Source: Squalus acanthias
Taxonomy: Eukaryota
Assembly: GCA_030390025.1 (NCBI GenBank)
Contig: CM059432.1
Span: 3,596,001-3,660,000 of the forward strand
Length of the DNA: 64,000 nt
Reading direction: 5' to 3'
The position numbers were made by a program, and so were the translations under genes. Positions 1 to 11,619 of the stretch are shown in pieces. Below the pieces are notes generated by a model. It did not search any database. It worked only from the letters and a program-made list of their open reading frames with translations, and was not told where the DNA came from. Within the stretch, counting starts at the first letter, position 1, and every line of letters begins with the position of its first letter.

Positions 1-303
1 CAGCCAATTTGTGCACAGCAAGCTCCCACAAACAGCAATGTGATAATGCCCAGATAATCTGTTTAATGATGTTGATTGAGAGGTAAATATTGGCCAGGAC
101 ATCGGGGATAAACTCCCCTGCTCCTCTTCGAAATAGTGGCCATGGGATCTTTTACGTCCACCTGAGAGAGCAGACGGGGCCTCGGTTTAACGTCTCATCC
201 GAAAGACGGCACCTCCGACAGTGCAGCACTCCCTCAGCCCTGCACTGGGAGTGTCAGCCTAGATTGATGTGCTCGAGTCTCTGGAGTGGGCCTTGAACCC
301 ACA
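1..303 (-). mobile_element. Deu-domain tRNA-SINE (SacSINE1/AmnSINE1-like), partial, runs off window start
   Basis: Reverse complement of the central region of the full copies at 29340-29800 and 54132-54590. Confidence 0.85.
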
Positions 304-1051
304 GGTAGGTAGGTATGTAGACATACATACATTCGTGAGTAAATATTGAAATCTCCAGGATTTTGATTGCTTCCTCCAATCTTCCGCATGTTGGTATCGC
401 ACTCCATTTGTGTTTTTTTGCATCTGCACAATATAAACCCAGAAAGGCTGTTTGCTTTTACTGAGCTGTGCTGAAACTCCACCTTCACTCCGGCCAACCA
501 CAATGCTAGCACTGAGGTTTAAGCAGCGATCCTTGAAACACATTCTTGTACTCACGGCATGAAGAAAACAAAAGTCTTCTGATGTTCTAATCAATCTTTT
601 TTTTTCCTTAATGGCACACAGGCAGGACTTCCTGTGGGTTTTTTAACAGGAAAGTAAACCAAAAAGGATTAAAGCAAATGTGTCTTTGTGAATCATAGAA
701 TGTACACAGAGACAAATTGCCTTGTTCAATTTGAAATGGTGACGACATTATCACTCATGTTGTTGTAGGCTGGATATAGCCAAAGCATTACACTGGATTA
801 TAAACCTTGAGATTCCTCCATGTTATCTGCTGGGAATTCTGCATAGATATAGTCTTGTTTCTTCACGTCAGCCAGTAAAGCATACAGCTGTATTCTTTGT
901 GTTCTTCGCTATCTGGTTTGAGGACATCTGGCAGCCCAGCAAACAAGGTCACCTCTGAGGTATGTTCTCAGAGAATCCAGTCACCATAAGTACACATTCA
1001 ACTGAACCTGTCTGTGCACAGACACTTGCCTACAGAGAGGGAGAGGGAGAG

Positions 1052-1175
1052 AGAAAAAAGAAAGAAAGAAAGGCAGGATCAAAGAAGAAAATAAATGAAA
1101 GGAAAGAAAGAAAGAACGAAGGAAAAAAAGAAAGTAAGAAAGAAGGAAGGAAAGAAGGAAAGAAAGAAAGAAGGA

Positions 1176-1231
<56 letters not shown>

Positions 1232-1302
1232 AGGAAAGAAAGAAAGAAAAGGAAGGAAAGAAGGAAAGAAAGAAAGAAAGAAAGGCAGGAAGAAATAAAG
1301 GA
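1052..1302. repeat. (GAAA)n/(GGAA)n polypurine microsatellite
   Basis: Directly visible; explains the K/E/R-rich and F/L/S-rich ORFs 962-1318, 1079-1450, 1095-1298. Confidence 0.97.
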
Positions 1303-1758
1303 AGAGTATTCGATTTAAAACTGAGCTAATTAAAACCAACTCTGTACAATAAAGTAGAGCTAGACATATCAATAACAGTAACAATTCATGGATGATAGAC
1401 TCAGTAGACACAGATGATGGGAAGGAGGTGGCCAAGTCGGTGCAAAGCAAAACCGAAGGAAGTTAATGTGCAGAAATCGCCTACGGGAGACAGACATTTC
1501 TTTTTGAAATGTGGGTTAGGATGGGGGCGATGCTGACGCGGCTGCGTTTGTTGTCCAGCCCTAGATTGTTCACCACCGAGAGCCTCGGCCATTTTAGAGT
1601 CAACTGTGTAGTGTGGGACTGGAGTCATGTGTCGGCCAGACCTGGGAGAGGCTGAGGATTCCCTTCACTAAAGGAACCAGTTGGGTTTTTACAACCATCC
1701 AGCAGTTTTCATGGTTATTTCTTTCTGGTGCATAGCCCACAAATGACCACAATTTTAG

Positions 1759-2178
1759 CTCTGAGGAAAGATTGGATAGGCTGGGGTTGTTTTCTTTGGA
1801 ACAGAGGAGGCTTAATTGAGGTGTATAAAATTATGAGGGGCCGAGATAGAGTGGATAGGAAGGACCTATTTCCCTTAGCAGAGAGGTCAATAACCAGGGG
1901 GCAGAGATTTAAAGTAATTGGGAGAAGGATTAGAGGGGAGTTGAGCAGAAATCTTTTCACCCAGAGGGGTCTGAACTCACTGTCTGAAAGGGTGGTAGAG
2001 GCAGAAACCCTCATCGCATTTAAAAAGTACTTGGATATGCACTTGAAGTGCCGTAACCTACAGGGCTACGGACCAAGAGCTGGAAAGTGGGATTAGGCTG
2101 GGTGGCTCTTTTTCGGCCGGCACGGACATGATGGGTCGAATGACCTCCTTCTGTGCCGTAAATTTCTATGATTCTATG
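1759..2178 (+). mobile_element. CR1 LINE 3' fragment
   Basis: ORF2 C-terminus (LIEVYKIMRG..LFP..TRG..FTQR..FKKYLD), 3'UTR, (TTCTATGA)n tail. Confidence 0.85.
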
Positions 2179-2331
2179 AATAGTTTCACAACTTGCGAGA
2201 TTTCAACTCACGCCTTTGGGGTTCCTAGTCTCGTACCATAACCAGGTATGATAACTAGGCTACTCTACCCAAACACCACCCAGTTATTGCTGAATGCTGG
2301 TGAATATTTTACTGGTGTGCCAAGAGATATT

Positions 2332-3224
2332 GGGGGAAAAATTCAGTCGCGCCCCGTTTGGGGCGCAAATATCGGCCGGGCGCAAAGATTAGCGCCTGGC
2401 GCTAATTATCGCCACCGACTGAAAACTTGACTTTTATCGCCCCTGGAGGTGATTGCAGTGCTAAATCAGGCGCTTCACACCTGTCTTAAGGCGCAAAGGC
2501 CGAGGAGCGAGGCGCTACCTCAGAGCGCTGGCGAAGCTCATGTAATGTCAATCAGCAATGGAACACACACACAATGGCACGGGCCAGTTCTTAAAGGGGC
2601 TGGTTAATCTTGCTTTCCATCCACATCCTGCTCATTGCAGCCTTGAATCTCGGCCTGGAGAGACCTGCACATCAAATGTGCTGGAAAGAACAATGGAGAG
2701 TGCCAGGCAAAGAGCTCAGAGTGCAGCCCCCACAGTCTCTGCTAAATCGATACAAGGAATGGCAAATCAAAATGAACGTGCAAAGTGCTGCTCAGTACCC
2801 AAAACTCCTTCACACAACGTTGAATCTCTCCAGAAGCCTCTCCCTCTCTCTCTCAGAATGCGTAGTTCAAAAATGGCACCAACAATAAAAGGCAGGAAGC
2901 GGTCACCTTTAAATAGCGCTCCCCCTTTCCCTTCATGACTGCAGAACGCTCTCCTCAACCTGTCGTTGCTAGCGTCAGGCGGTAAGGTAGGGGGCGCCAC
3001 TCAATATCCGCTCCGGGGCGATACCGGGGCGTTGCGCAGTCGAGTGACGTCATGATCTGCTGGCACAGGAGATCGCGGCGATAAAGTTTAGCGCCGCCGC
3101 AAAATGTCTAGTTAAGTTCGCGAGTGGCGCAAACATCGCTGCGCCCGGGCGCTAGCTGCTTTGCGCCCCATTAGCGCCCTCTTAAGGCGCTAACGGGAGG
3201 CGCAACCAACTGAATTTTTCCCCC
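2332..3224 (+). mobile_element. Non-autonomous PIF/Harbinger-type TIR element, family H1 copy 1
   Basis: Perfect 16-bp TIR GGGGGAAAAATTCAGT/ACTGAATTTTTCCCCC; 3-bp TSD ATT (2329-2331, 3225-3227); GGCGC-rich subterminal regions; inverted second copy at 14724-15617. Confidence 0.85.
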
Positions 3225-4011
3225 ATTGTTCCTGGATCATAACTCCATCGACTACAAATACAGTGAAAACTGTTGATTTATAATCCTAGAATCACACAGC
3301 GCAGAATAAAGGAGGCCATTCGGCCCATCGTACCTGTGCCGGCTCTTTGAACGAGCTCTCCAATTAGTCCCACTCCCCCCCTGCTCTTTCCCCATAGCCC
3401 TGCAAATTTCTCCTTTTCAAGTATTTATCCAATTCCCCTTTTGAAAGTTACTATTGAATCTGCTCCCACCGCCCTTTCAGGCAGCGCATTCCAGATCACA
3501 ACGACTCGCTGTGTACATTCCCCAGTCGGTTGGTCTCGTGTGCTGTGGGTGGGGCGAGGGAATAGGTTCTCTGCTTCCAGGCTTCGTGTGAGGAGTACAA
3601 TTTAGCAGTTTTTCGAGGCACGCGGCCCTTTTTGAAAATCGTTGCGTGGTAAGCTCATGTTAAAACATTCATTCTAACTGGGGCCTGAAAACAGAAAAGA
3701 ACAGAAAACATTCGACCAAAAAAAAAACCCATTTCATTCGCACAAAAGTGATTGGGTTACGAATACTTCCTGCAGCCTTGATGTGAAAGTTGGCAGAGGG
3801 CTGATAGAATGCAACAAGCTGAGCACTCAGATCCAGATACTGGCAGCATTTTATGCTCGAATCAGGACACTTGTATTTAATGCCACGCCCATACTAAGAC
3901 CCAAAGACGTAATCTGAGTTCAATGCAACAAGCCCACATGCCAGGCTGCACAGATCATGCTCCATGTTCACACTGGGCGTGGCAGTAAAGTCCAGGCTGA
4001 CACGCCCAGTG

Positions 4012-4346
4012 CATGCTCGCTGACCTACAGTGGCTCCCGCTCCGGCCACGCCTCGATTTTAAAATCCTCATCCTTGTTTTCAAATCCCTCCGTGGCCCTC
4101 GCCCCCTCCCTATCTCTGTAACCTCCTCCAGCCCCACAACCCCACCCCACCCCCCGCCACCCCGAGATCTCTGCGCTCCTGAAATTCTGGCCTCTTGCGC
4201 AACCCCAACTAATGGCTCCACCATCGGCGGCCGTGCCTTCACCTGCCAAGCGACCTCAGCTCTGGAATTCCCTCCATAAACCTCTCCGCCTCTCTAACTT
4301 TCTCTCCTCCTTGAAGACACTCCTTAAAACCTCCCTCTTTGACCAA
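4012..4346 (+). mobile_element. L2 LINE 3' fragment
   Basis: LADLQWLP..RLDFKILILVFKSL motif of L2 ORF2 C-terminus. Confidence 0.8.
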
Positions 4347-4364
4347 GTTCAACTTATTATAAGG

Positions 4365-5036
4365 ACATAAGAACATAAGAATTAGGAGCAGGAGTCGGCC
4401 ATTCGGCCCCTCAAGCCTGCTCCGCTATTCAATAAGATCATGGCTGATCTTCGACCTCAACTGCACTTTCCTGTCCGATCTCCATATCCCTCGATTCCCC
4501 TAGAGTCCAAAAATCTATCGATCTCAGCCTTGAATATACTCAAAGACTCAGCATTCACAGCCCTCTGGGGCAGAGAATTCCAAAGATTCACAACCCTCTG
4601 AGTGAAGAAATTCCTCCTCATCTCAGTCCTAAATGGCTGACCCCTTATTCTGAGACTGTGACCCCTGGTTCTAGACTCCCCAGCCAGGGGAAACAATCTC
4701 TCAGCATCTACCCTGTCAATCCCCCCTCAGTATCATATGTTTCAATGAGATCACCTCGCATTCTTCTAAACTCCAGAGAGTATAGGCCTTAATATCTCCT
4801 TATGTATAGAAGCATAGAAGTATAGAAGATAGGAGCAGGAGTAGGCCATTCGGCCCCTCGAGCCTGCTCCTCCATTTAATGAGATCATGGCTGATCATCC
4901 AAATTCAGTATCTTGTCCCTGCTTTCTCCCCATATCCCTTGATCCCTTTAGCCTTAAGAAATATATCCAACTCCTTCTTGAATATATTTAATGAATTGGC
5001 CTCAACTGCTTTCTGTGGTAGAGAATTCCACAGGTT
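4365..5036 (-). mobile_element. Two CR1 3' fragments inserted in the L2 tail
   Basis: [29 protein letters not shown] (ORF 4457-4696); repeat tails at 4365 and about 4806. Confidence 0.8.
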
Positions 5037-5950
5037 ATGTGGCTCGGTGTCGAATTTTGTTTGATAATCGCTCCTGTGAAGAGCCTTGGGACTATGTTAA
5101 AGGTGCTATATAAATGCATGTTTTTTTTTGTCGTGACTGAGTTCTCTCCCACTGCCCCACACCTGATCGGTAGTTGTAGTGCATACCCAACATTGGATCC
5201 AAATGTAGAAAGCAGAAAACCTGTTCTGGTGCTAATGTGATTTATCCTACTTGTTTTCAGAACATTAAAATTAATTTTAATAAATATCGCTGTCACTGGT
5301 TTTTACCACTCCGGAAGAAAGCAGGCTGTAAATTAAATATGGAAATTACATTGAACTGAATACTGAAAGAGCGGTTTAATAAAGCCTTTATACTCAAGCT
5401 TGATTTATTTGATTGTAAATACTGATGAAATGTAAGCATATGAATACTCCTTTGGACAGGAATAATAGCAACATTGTGCTCATGACGCTCAATATCACGA
5501 TAAATTAATGTTGCCAAGCGGAGATTCCTGCCTCCTCACGCTCTTATAGTCCAAGCAGTTAATGGCATTTCAGCAGGGAACTGGGGATGAATCCACATGA
5601 GGAGGAGTGCCACTGTTAAAGGGAAACTCCACTTTTGCTTATTTCCAAAGCAAATGCCTCTATAAAGTGTTGCAAAGCACATTCTGCTGTGCGAGACACC
5701 CTGCAGAGATTGTTGGAGAACGTGCGTTCGTGCATCCCCACCCTCTCTTCCCCAAAATAGCTCTTGAAAGAGAGAAAGATGACAGAAGGAAAAGACTCAC
5801 ATTCCGACGGCGCCTTTCACAACCTCAGGATGTCCCAAAGCGCTTTACAGCCAATGAAGTTCTTTTTTCAAGTGTAGTCACTGTTGTAATGTAGGAAACG
5901 CAGCAGCCAATTTGCGCACAGCAAGCTCCCACAAATGTGATAATGACCAG

Positions 5951-6086
5951 TATAATGTATTGTCACATGGTTTGTCACATGGTTTGGTATGAGCATGCTC
6001 AGTTCGCTCTGGCCTAGTAAAGCAAGCACATGGACTAGCAACTCATCCTGCCTCTGTCCTTCATTTGTTCTCCCACATGTGTTACA
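5951..6086 (+). repeat. Gypsy 5' LTR (136 bp)
   Basis: Starts TA (TG in the 3' LTR), ends TTACA; 5 mismatches to the 3' LTR over the first 73 nt. Confidence 0.9.
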
Positions 6087-6090
6087 TTTT

Positions 6091-6108
6091 TGGTGACGAG
6101 GATGGGAT
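6091..6108 (+). promoter_or_regulatory. Primer-binding site, complementary to tRNA-Ser(GCU) 3' end
   Basis: TGGTGACGAGGATGGGAT 4 nt after the LTR; one mismatch to the complement of ...ATCCCATCCTCGTCGCCA (tRNA sequence from memory). Confidence 0.8.
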
Positions 6109-6342
6109 CCCAAAGCCATTTTTAGGGATCATGGAAGGACACAGTGTTCAACCTTTGAGTGGAAAAGTTTACGGTGAATTTGTGACACCTAAACTGAATT
6201 TTTGCGATGTTTTACCGTTAATGCTGATGCAGAATCCTCTGTGCTTTGCCTTCGTGTGTTTGTATACACAGCAACAGTGGTGTTGATTATCACAGGTACA
6301 CAGGTAGCGGCTGAGTCACTGTTCGACGGGATCGGGACAATC

Positions 6343-7208
6343 ATGGCCGCACCTACGGGATTCATCGGAAGCCTTGGCCTGTATGACCGAGCTCGCGAAC
6401 CATTCAGTTCTTACACTGAGCAGATGGAGATATTTTTTTAAGGCCAATAACATTATTGAGACCGAAGGTGCAGATGAGAATGCTCAAGCTCAAAATAAAG
6501 TATTTCGTGAACGGAAAAAAGCAATTTTTTTAATGGGGACCGGGCCTGATGTCTACGGAACGTTGACAAACCTACTCGCGTCAGGGAAAGCGAAGGATGC
6601 GGCGTTTGAAGACATTGTCGAGACACTTGAGGACCATTTCGACACAAAGCAGAGAGCTGAGGTTTGGTACCAGAAACCAAAAACAAAGTGAAACCATCAG
6701 TGAGTACATTGCAGTGCTTAAGAAACTGTCTTTGCAATGTAACACTGGCACATTTTTGGATCGTGCGTTGTGAGATAAGTTTGTGTGTGGGCTGTGGATG
6801 AGCGCACACAGTCCAAGTTACTGAACACTCTGAACCTAACGTTTGACAGAGCATGCAAACTTGCCCTATCTATGGAGATGGCATCTAAGAATGCTCGGGA
6901 GCTCTGCCCAACTCAAGTGACTAGTACGTCTGTGGTCTACAGTCACAAAGCCACCGCCAAACCTAAAGCTGTGAGAGCGAGTCAAAAGCATGTCGATGAG
7001 AGCAGTTCAGTGAATTGTTATCGCTGCAATGGAAATCACTCACCACAGTCCTGCCAATACAGAAATGCGAAATGTTTTCACTGCCAGAAGCAAGGCCATA
7101 TTTCAACAGCTTGCAGAGCTAGATCGAAAGCAGGAAGTAAGAACTATTCTAGTGGCAAAGCACAGCAGCAACAACAAAAGGGAGGAGTTCACAATATAGA
7201 AGTGAACA
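6343..7208 (+). pseudogene. gag: Gypsy gag, frameshifted
   Basis: MAAPTGFIGSLGLYD..; zinc-knuckle pair CYRCNGNH..C and CFHCQKQGHISTAC; spread over several frames. Confidence 0.85.
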
Positions 7209-7442
7209 TAACAGAAAAACGCTGGAAAAACTCAGCAGGCGAGGCAGCATCCGTGAAGAGAGAAACAGAGTTAACGTTTCAGGTCGAAGACCCTTCGTCA
7301 GACGAAAGTTCTGACGAAAGGTCTTCGACCTGAAACGTTAACTCTGTTTCTCTCTCCATGGATGCTGCCTGGCCTGCTGAGTTTTTCCAGCGTTTTTCTG
7401 TTGTTATTTCAGATTTCCAGCATCCGCAGTATTTTGCTATCG
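7209..7442 (+). mobile_element. PLE terminal hairpin insertion, family P1
   Basis: About 93-bp inverted arms (7210-7302, 7310-7402) plus 40-nt unpaired tail; 14-bp TSD TATAGAAGTGAACA (7195-7208, 7443-7456); same end sequence as the GIY-YIG-bearing copy at 8590-9339. Confidence 0.88.
7307..7343 (+). ncRNA. Minimal type I hammerhead ribozyme motif (P1)
   Basis: AGTT-CTGACGA-A-AGGTC/TTC/GACCT-GAAA-CGT-T-AACT: catalytic core, stems I and II, palindromic ACGT stem III. Confidence 0.75.
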
Positions 7443-8589
7443 TATAGAAGTGAACACACCTGATGTTGAAGACTCGGCATCTACAGTATCTATGCCACTA
7501 GCGGCAACGCTAGCAGTCGTGAGAAAGACTTCCGTGCAAAACTTTTGATCAACGAGCAATATATTGATATATGTATCGACACAGTGGCGGACTGCTCTAT
7601 CATGAGTAAGGACGCATATGAGAGTAAGTTTAATAAAATATCACTTACAAAGAGTACCGTAGAGTTAAAAACCTACTCCGAAGAAATCCTTGCGACATGT
7701 GGACAAATGGAATGTACAGTTCAACACAATGGCCTAGTCAGTAAAGCTGCCTCTTATTGTAGTGAGCTACAACAGGCCAACCCTCATGGGCAAAGACTGG
7801 TTGAGAAAGTTAAAACTAGATTGGAAAAACATCTTCTGTGTAGATGCTTCAAAGAAGCGACTCGACACGATGCTGAACAAGTATGAAAGCATGCTCACAG
7901 ACAGTTATGAGGGCATCACTGGGTATGACACGCATATCCACATCAAGTCCAATGTGAAGCCTGTCTACTGTAAGGCAAGGCCGGTCCCCTATGCGTTGAA
8001 AAGTCAGGTGGAGGAAGAGCTAGAGGAAGCTGAGAGAGAACGAGTGCTAGTAAAAACTGACAGAAGTGAATGGGCTACCCCGATTGTGGTCGTGCCCAAA
8101 GCAGACAAAACTGTACGCTTGTGCGGTGACTACAGAGTTACTATCAGCCAAGCAGTTGACGATGAGCAGTACCCGTTACCTACATCGCAAGATTTGTATG
8201 CAGCACTCTCTGGGTCAAAGGTTTTCTCCAAGCTTGACCTGTCGCACGCTTACGCTCAGCTTAATGTTAACAAAGAGAGTCAACGGTATCTCACCATCAA
8301 CACACACAAGGGACCAAGCTGCCGTATGGTGTAAAGTCTCCCCCAAAATCTACGATGGATAAGATTTTTCAAGGAGTTCCAAATTGCTTATGCAATTAAG
8401 ACGATGTGCTGATCGCAACAAGCAGCGAGGGAGAACATCTAGAAGTGTTAGATATAGTGCTTCAAAGGCTGAATTCCCACAATGCCAAATTGAAAAGGAG
8501 CAAATGTGCTTTTGTGCAGCCTGAGGTTGTGTACCTTGGTTTGAAAGTTGATGCAAATGGCTTGCAACCAGTGAAGGAAAAGATTGATA

Positions 8590-9339
8590 TAACAACAGAA
8601 AATGCTGGAAACACTTAGCAGATCAGGCAGCATCGAGGAGGAGAAACAGAGTCAACGTTTCGGGTCGAACCCTTCGTCAGAACTGGAAAAGGTTAGAGAA
8701 GAGAGATTTTTAAGCAGGGAGAGGGGGGAGGGGAGGAAAGAACAAAGGGAAGGTCTGTGATAGGATGGAAGGCAGGAGAGATTAAGAGACAAAAGGGATG
8801 ATGGTGCAAGGCAAAAGGAGATGGTAATGGGACAAGTTAAGAAACAAAAGATGGCTCTAGATGAAGTGTGAATGATGATGGCAGCAACATTAACAGCTAC
8901 CATGTGAGGAAACAAGAGAAAAAAAATATATAAAGAAATACAGGTTATAGTCTGAAATTGTTGAACTCGATATTAAGTCCAGAAGGCTGTAAAGTGCCTA
9001 ATCGAAAGATGAGGGGCTGTTCCTCGCGTTTACATTGAGCTTCGTTGGAACAGTGTAAGAGGCCGAGGACGGAGAGATCAGAGTGGGAGTGGAGCGGAGA
9101 ATTAAAGTGACAGGCGACCGGAAGCTCTGGGTCACCCTTGCGGACTGAACGGAGGTGTTCCGCAAAGCAGTCACCCAATCTGCGTTTGGTCTCCCCAATG
9201 TAGAGGAGACTGTATCGTGAGCAGCGAATACAGTATACTAAATTACAAGAAGTACAAGTAAATCGCTGTTTCACCTGGAAGGAGTGTTTGGGGCCCTGGA
9301 CAGTGGGAAGGGAGGAGATAAAAGGCCATGTGTTGCATC
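8590..9339 (-). mobile_element. PLE 3' fragment (GIY-YIG endonuclease plus terminal repeat), family P1
   Basis: ORF 8945-9373 (-): NLVYCIRC..LYIGETKRRL..F.EH..HF..E..LI..L.T..PSGLN; interrupts Gypsy RT. Confidence 0.88.
8650..8684 (-). ncRNA. Minimal hammerhead ribozyme motif (P1)
   Basis: Minus strand AGTT-CTGACGA-A-GGGT/TCG/ACCC-GAAA-CGT-T-GACT. Confidence 0.7.
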
Positions 9340-10504
9340 GGCAAAAGGTTGACGCTGTCATCAATGCTCCCAAGCCACAGAACGTGTCTGAGTTAAGTTC
9401 TTTCCTTGGAATGGTCCAGTACTACGCACGTTTCTTACCTGAGTTAGCGACCATGTTAGCTCCATTGCACGAGCTCCTCAAGAAGGATGTCCAGTGGAAG
9501 TGTACAAGAGCGCAACAGGAAGCTTACGTCGCTTGTAAGAGAAGTCTCTCCAGCGATGCTCTACTTGTGCACTACGACACAGAGCGTGAGCTTAAGTTAG
9601 TGTGTGATGCTTCCAGCTACGGTGTGGGAGCTGTCATAAGCCACGTAATGGATGATGGCCAAGAGAACCCAATCGCATTCGCATTGCGAAACCGCGCAAA
9701 GAGCGAAGGAAACTACATGCAAATTGAAAAGGAAGCGCTTGCCATAGTGTTTGGAATCAAGAAATTCCAACAGTTCCTGACCAGCAGAAAGTTTATCCTG
9801 ATAACCGATCACAAACCGCTCCGAGCAATATTGGGGTCCAAATCTGCCATCCCTGCAATGACCGCATCAAGAATGCAACGTTGGGCAGTGTTGTTGTCAC
9901 AATATGACTACACGATTGAATATCGCACTTCAAAACAAAACACAATCGCAGAGGCATTGTCCAGGTTGCCACATGAGGACTCGTATATTGGGAGTGAAGG
10001 TGCGATTTTCACGCTAGGTGCAGTTGACAAAGACTTTCCCATGAATGCAACTGAGATTGCAGATGACACAGTACTGAAAAGAGTGTATGAAAACACCTTG
10101 AATGGACGGACTGATCAGTGAATGGACACAGAGTTGAAACCATTCCATAACCGACGTACTGAATTGTCTTGTGAGCAAGGTTGTGTCAAGTGGGGAAACA
10201 GAGTCTGGTACCTACTTCTTTGAGAGATAGAATTCTGGCCGAACTTCATACTGAACATCCAGGGATCATCAGTATGAAATCAATTGCAGGAAGCTTTGTT
10301 TACTGGCCTGGATTGGACAGTGATCGTGAACCACTTGATCATGAACACATACAGGAGTTTGACTCCATTCAGACTTCAGTAACTGAGGTACCAGGTTCAA
10401 TCAAGACTGAGATAGAAACAGGGTCATCTTTGAATTTGGAACCAAAACAAAACAGCCCGAAAATTGGTTCAATACCAAAATCTCTGAATCTTCTGTAAGG
10501 AGAC

Positions 10505-11455
10505 CATCTTCAATGACCTTCCCTCCAACATAAGGTGAGAAATGGGGATGTTCGCGGATGACTGCACAGTGTTCAGTGCCATTCACAGCTCCTCAGATAA
10601 TGAAGCAGTTCCTGCCCACATGCAACAAGACCTGGACGACGTTCAGGCTTGGGCTGATAAGTGGCATTCGCGCCACACAAGTGCCAGGCAATGACTATCT
10701 CCAACAAGCGAGAGTCTAACCACCGCCCCTTGACATTCAATGGCATTACCATCGCCGAATCCCCCACCATGAACATCCTGGGGGTCACCATTGACCAGAA
10801 ACTTAACTGGACCAGCCACATAAATACTGTGGCAACAAGAGCAGGTCAGAGGCTAGGTATTCTGCGGCGAGTGTCTCACCTCCTGACTCCCCAAAGCCTT
10901 TCTACCATCTACAAGGCACAAGTAAGGAGTGTGATGGAATACTCTCCACTTGCCTGGATGAGTGCAGCTCCAACAACACTCAAGAAGCTCGACACCATTC
11001 AGGACAAAGCAGCCCGCTTGATTGGCACCCCATCTACCACCTTAAACATTCACTCCCTCCACCACCGGCGTACCGTGGCTGCAGTGTGTACCATCTACAA
11101 GATGCACTGCAGCAACTCGCCAAGGCTTCTTCAACAGCACCCCCCAAACCTACGACCTCTTCCACCTAGAAGGACAAAGGCAGCAGGCGCATGGGAACAC
11201 CACCACCTCCAAATTCCCCTCCAAGTCACGCACCATCCTGACTTAGAAGCATATCAGGCCGATCCTTCATCGTCGCTGGATCAAAATCCTGGAACTCCCT
11301 CCCTAACAGCAATGTGGGAGTACCTTCACCACACGGACTGCAGCAGTTCAAGAAGGCGGCTCACCACCACCTTCTCAAGGGCAATTAGGGATGGGCAATA
11401 AATACTGGCCTTGCCAGCGACGCCCACATCCCATAAAAATACGAATTAAAAAAAA
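10505..11455 (+). mobile_element. Non-LTR retrotransposon 3' part (CR1 group, distinct family Z) inserted in the Gypsy element
   Basis: RT MFADD, then ILGVTIDQKLNW..YKAQVRSVMEYSPLAW; tail GGGCAATAAAT..CCAGCGACGCCCACATCCC plus A-rich end. Confidence 0.85.
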
Positions 11456-11619
11456 GGAAGACTCTGCAAACCTGTTATTAAACTGGATTTGTAGTTCATT
11501 TCAAAGAAAAAAGCCGGGAGTTTTTGTTCTGTGGTACATGTAATGCTGGGAAAGGTGGGACCATAGTTTTGTTGTATTTGAGAGGGGAATACATACATTT
11601 CTTTTAAGGGAGACTGCAG

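Larger units (their letters stand above)
7457..10330 (+). pseudogene. pol: Gypsy pol (protease, RT, RNase H, integrase N-terminus), disrupted
   Basis: PR IDTVADCS; RT WATPIVVVPKADKTVRLCGDY and FSKLDLSHAYAQ; RH CDASSYGVGAV, EKEALAIVFGIKKF, TDHKPL; IN LHTEHPGI..VYWPGLD. Confidence 0.9.

Noticed and set aside
872..959. Coding exon between CAG and GTATGT
   Set aside because: Stop codons in all three frames.
962..1450. Charged and hydrophobic ORFs of 67-123 aa
   Set aside because: Translations of the (GAAA)n microsatellite.
7268..7302. Complete minus-strand hammerhead in the left arm of the P1 hairpin
   Set aside because: Core is present but the 5' strand of stem I is cut off at the fold-back.
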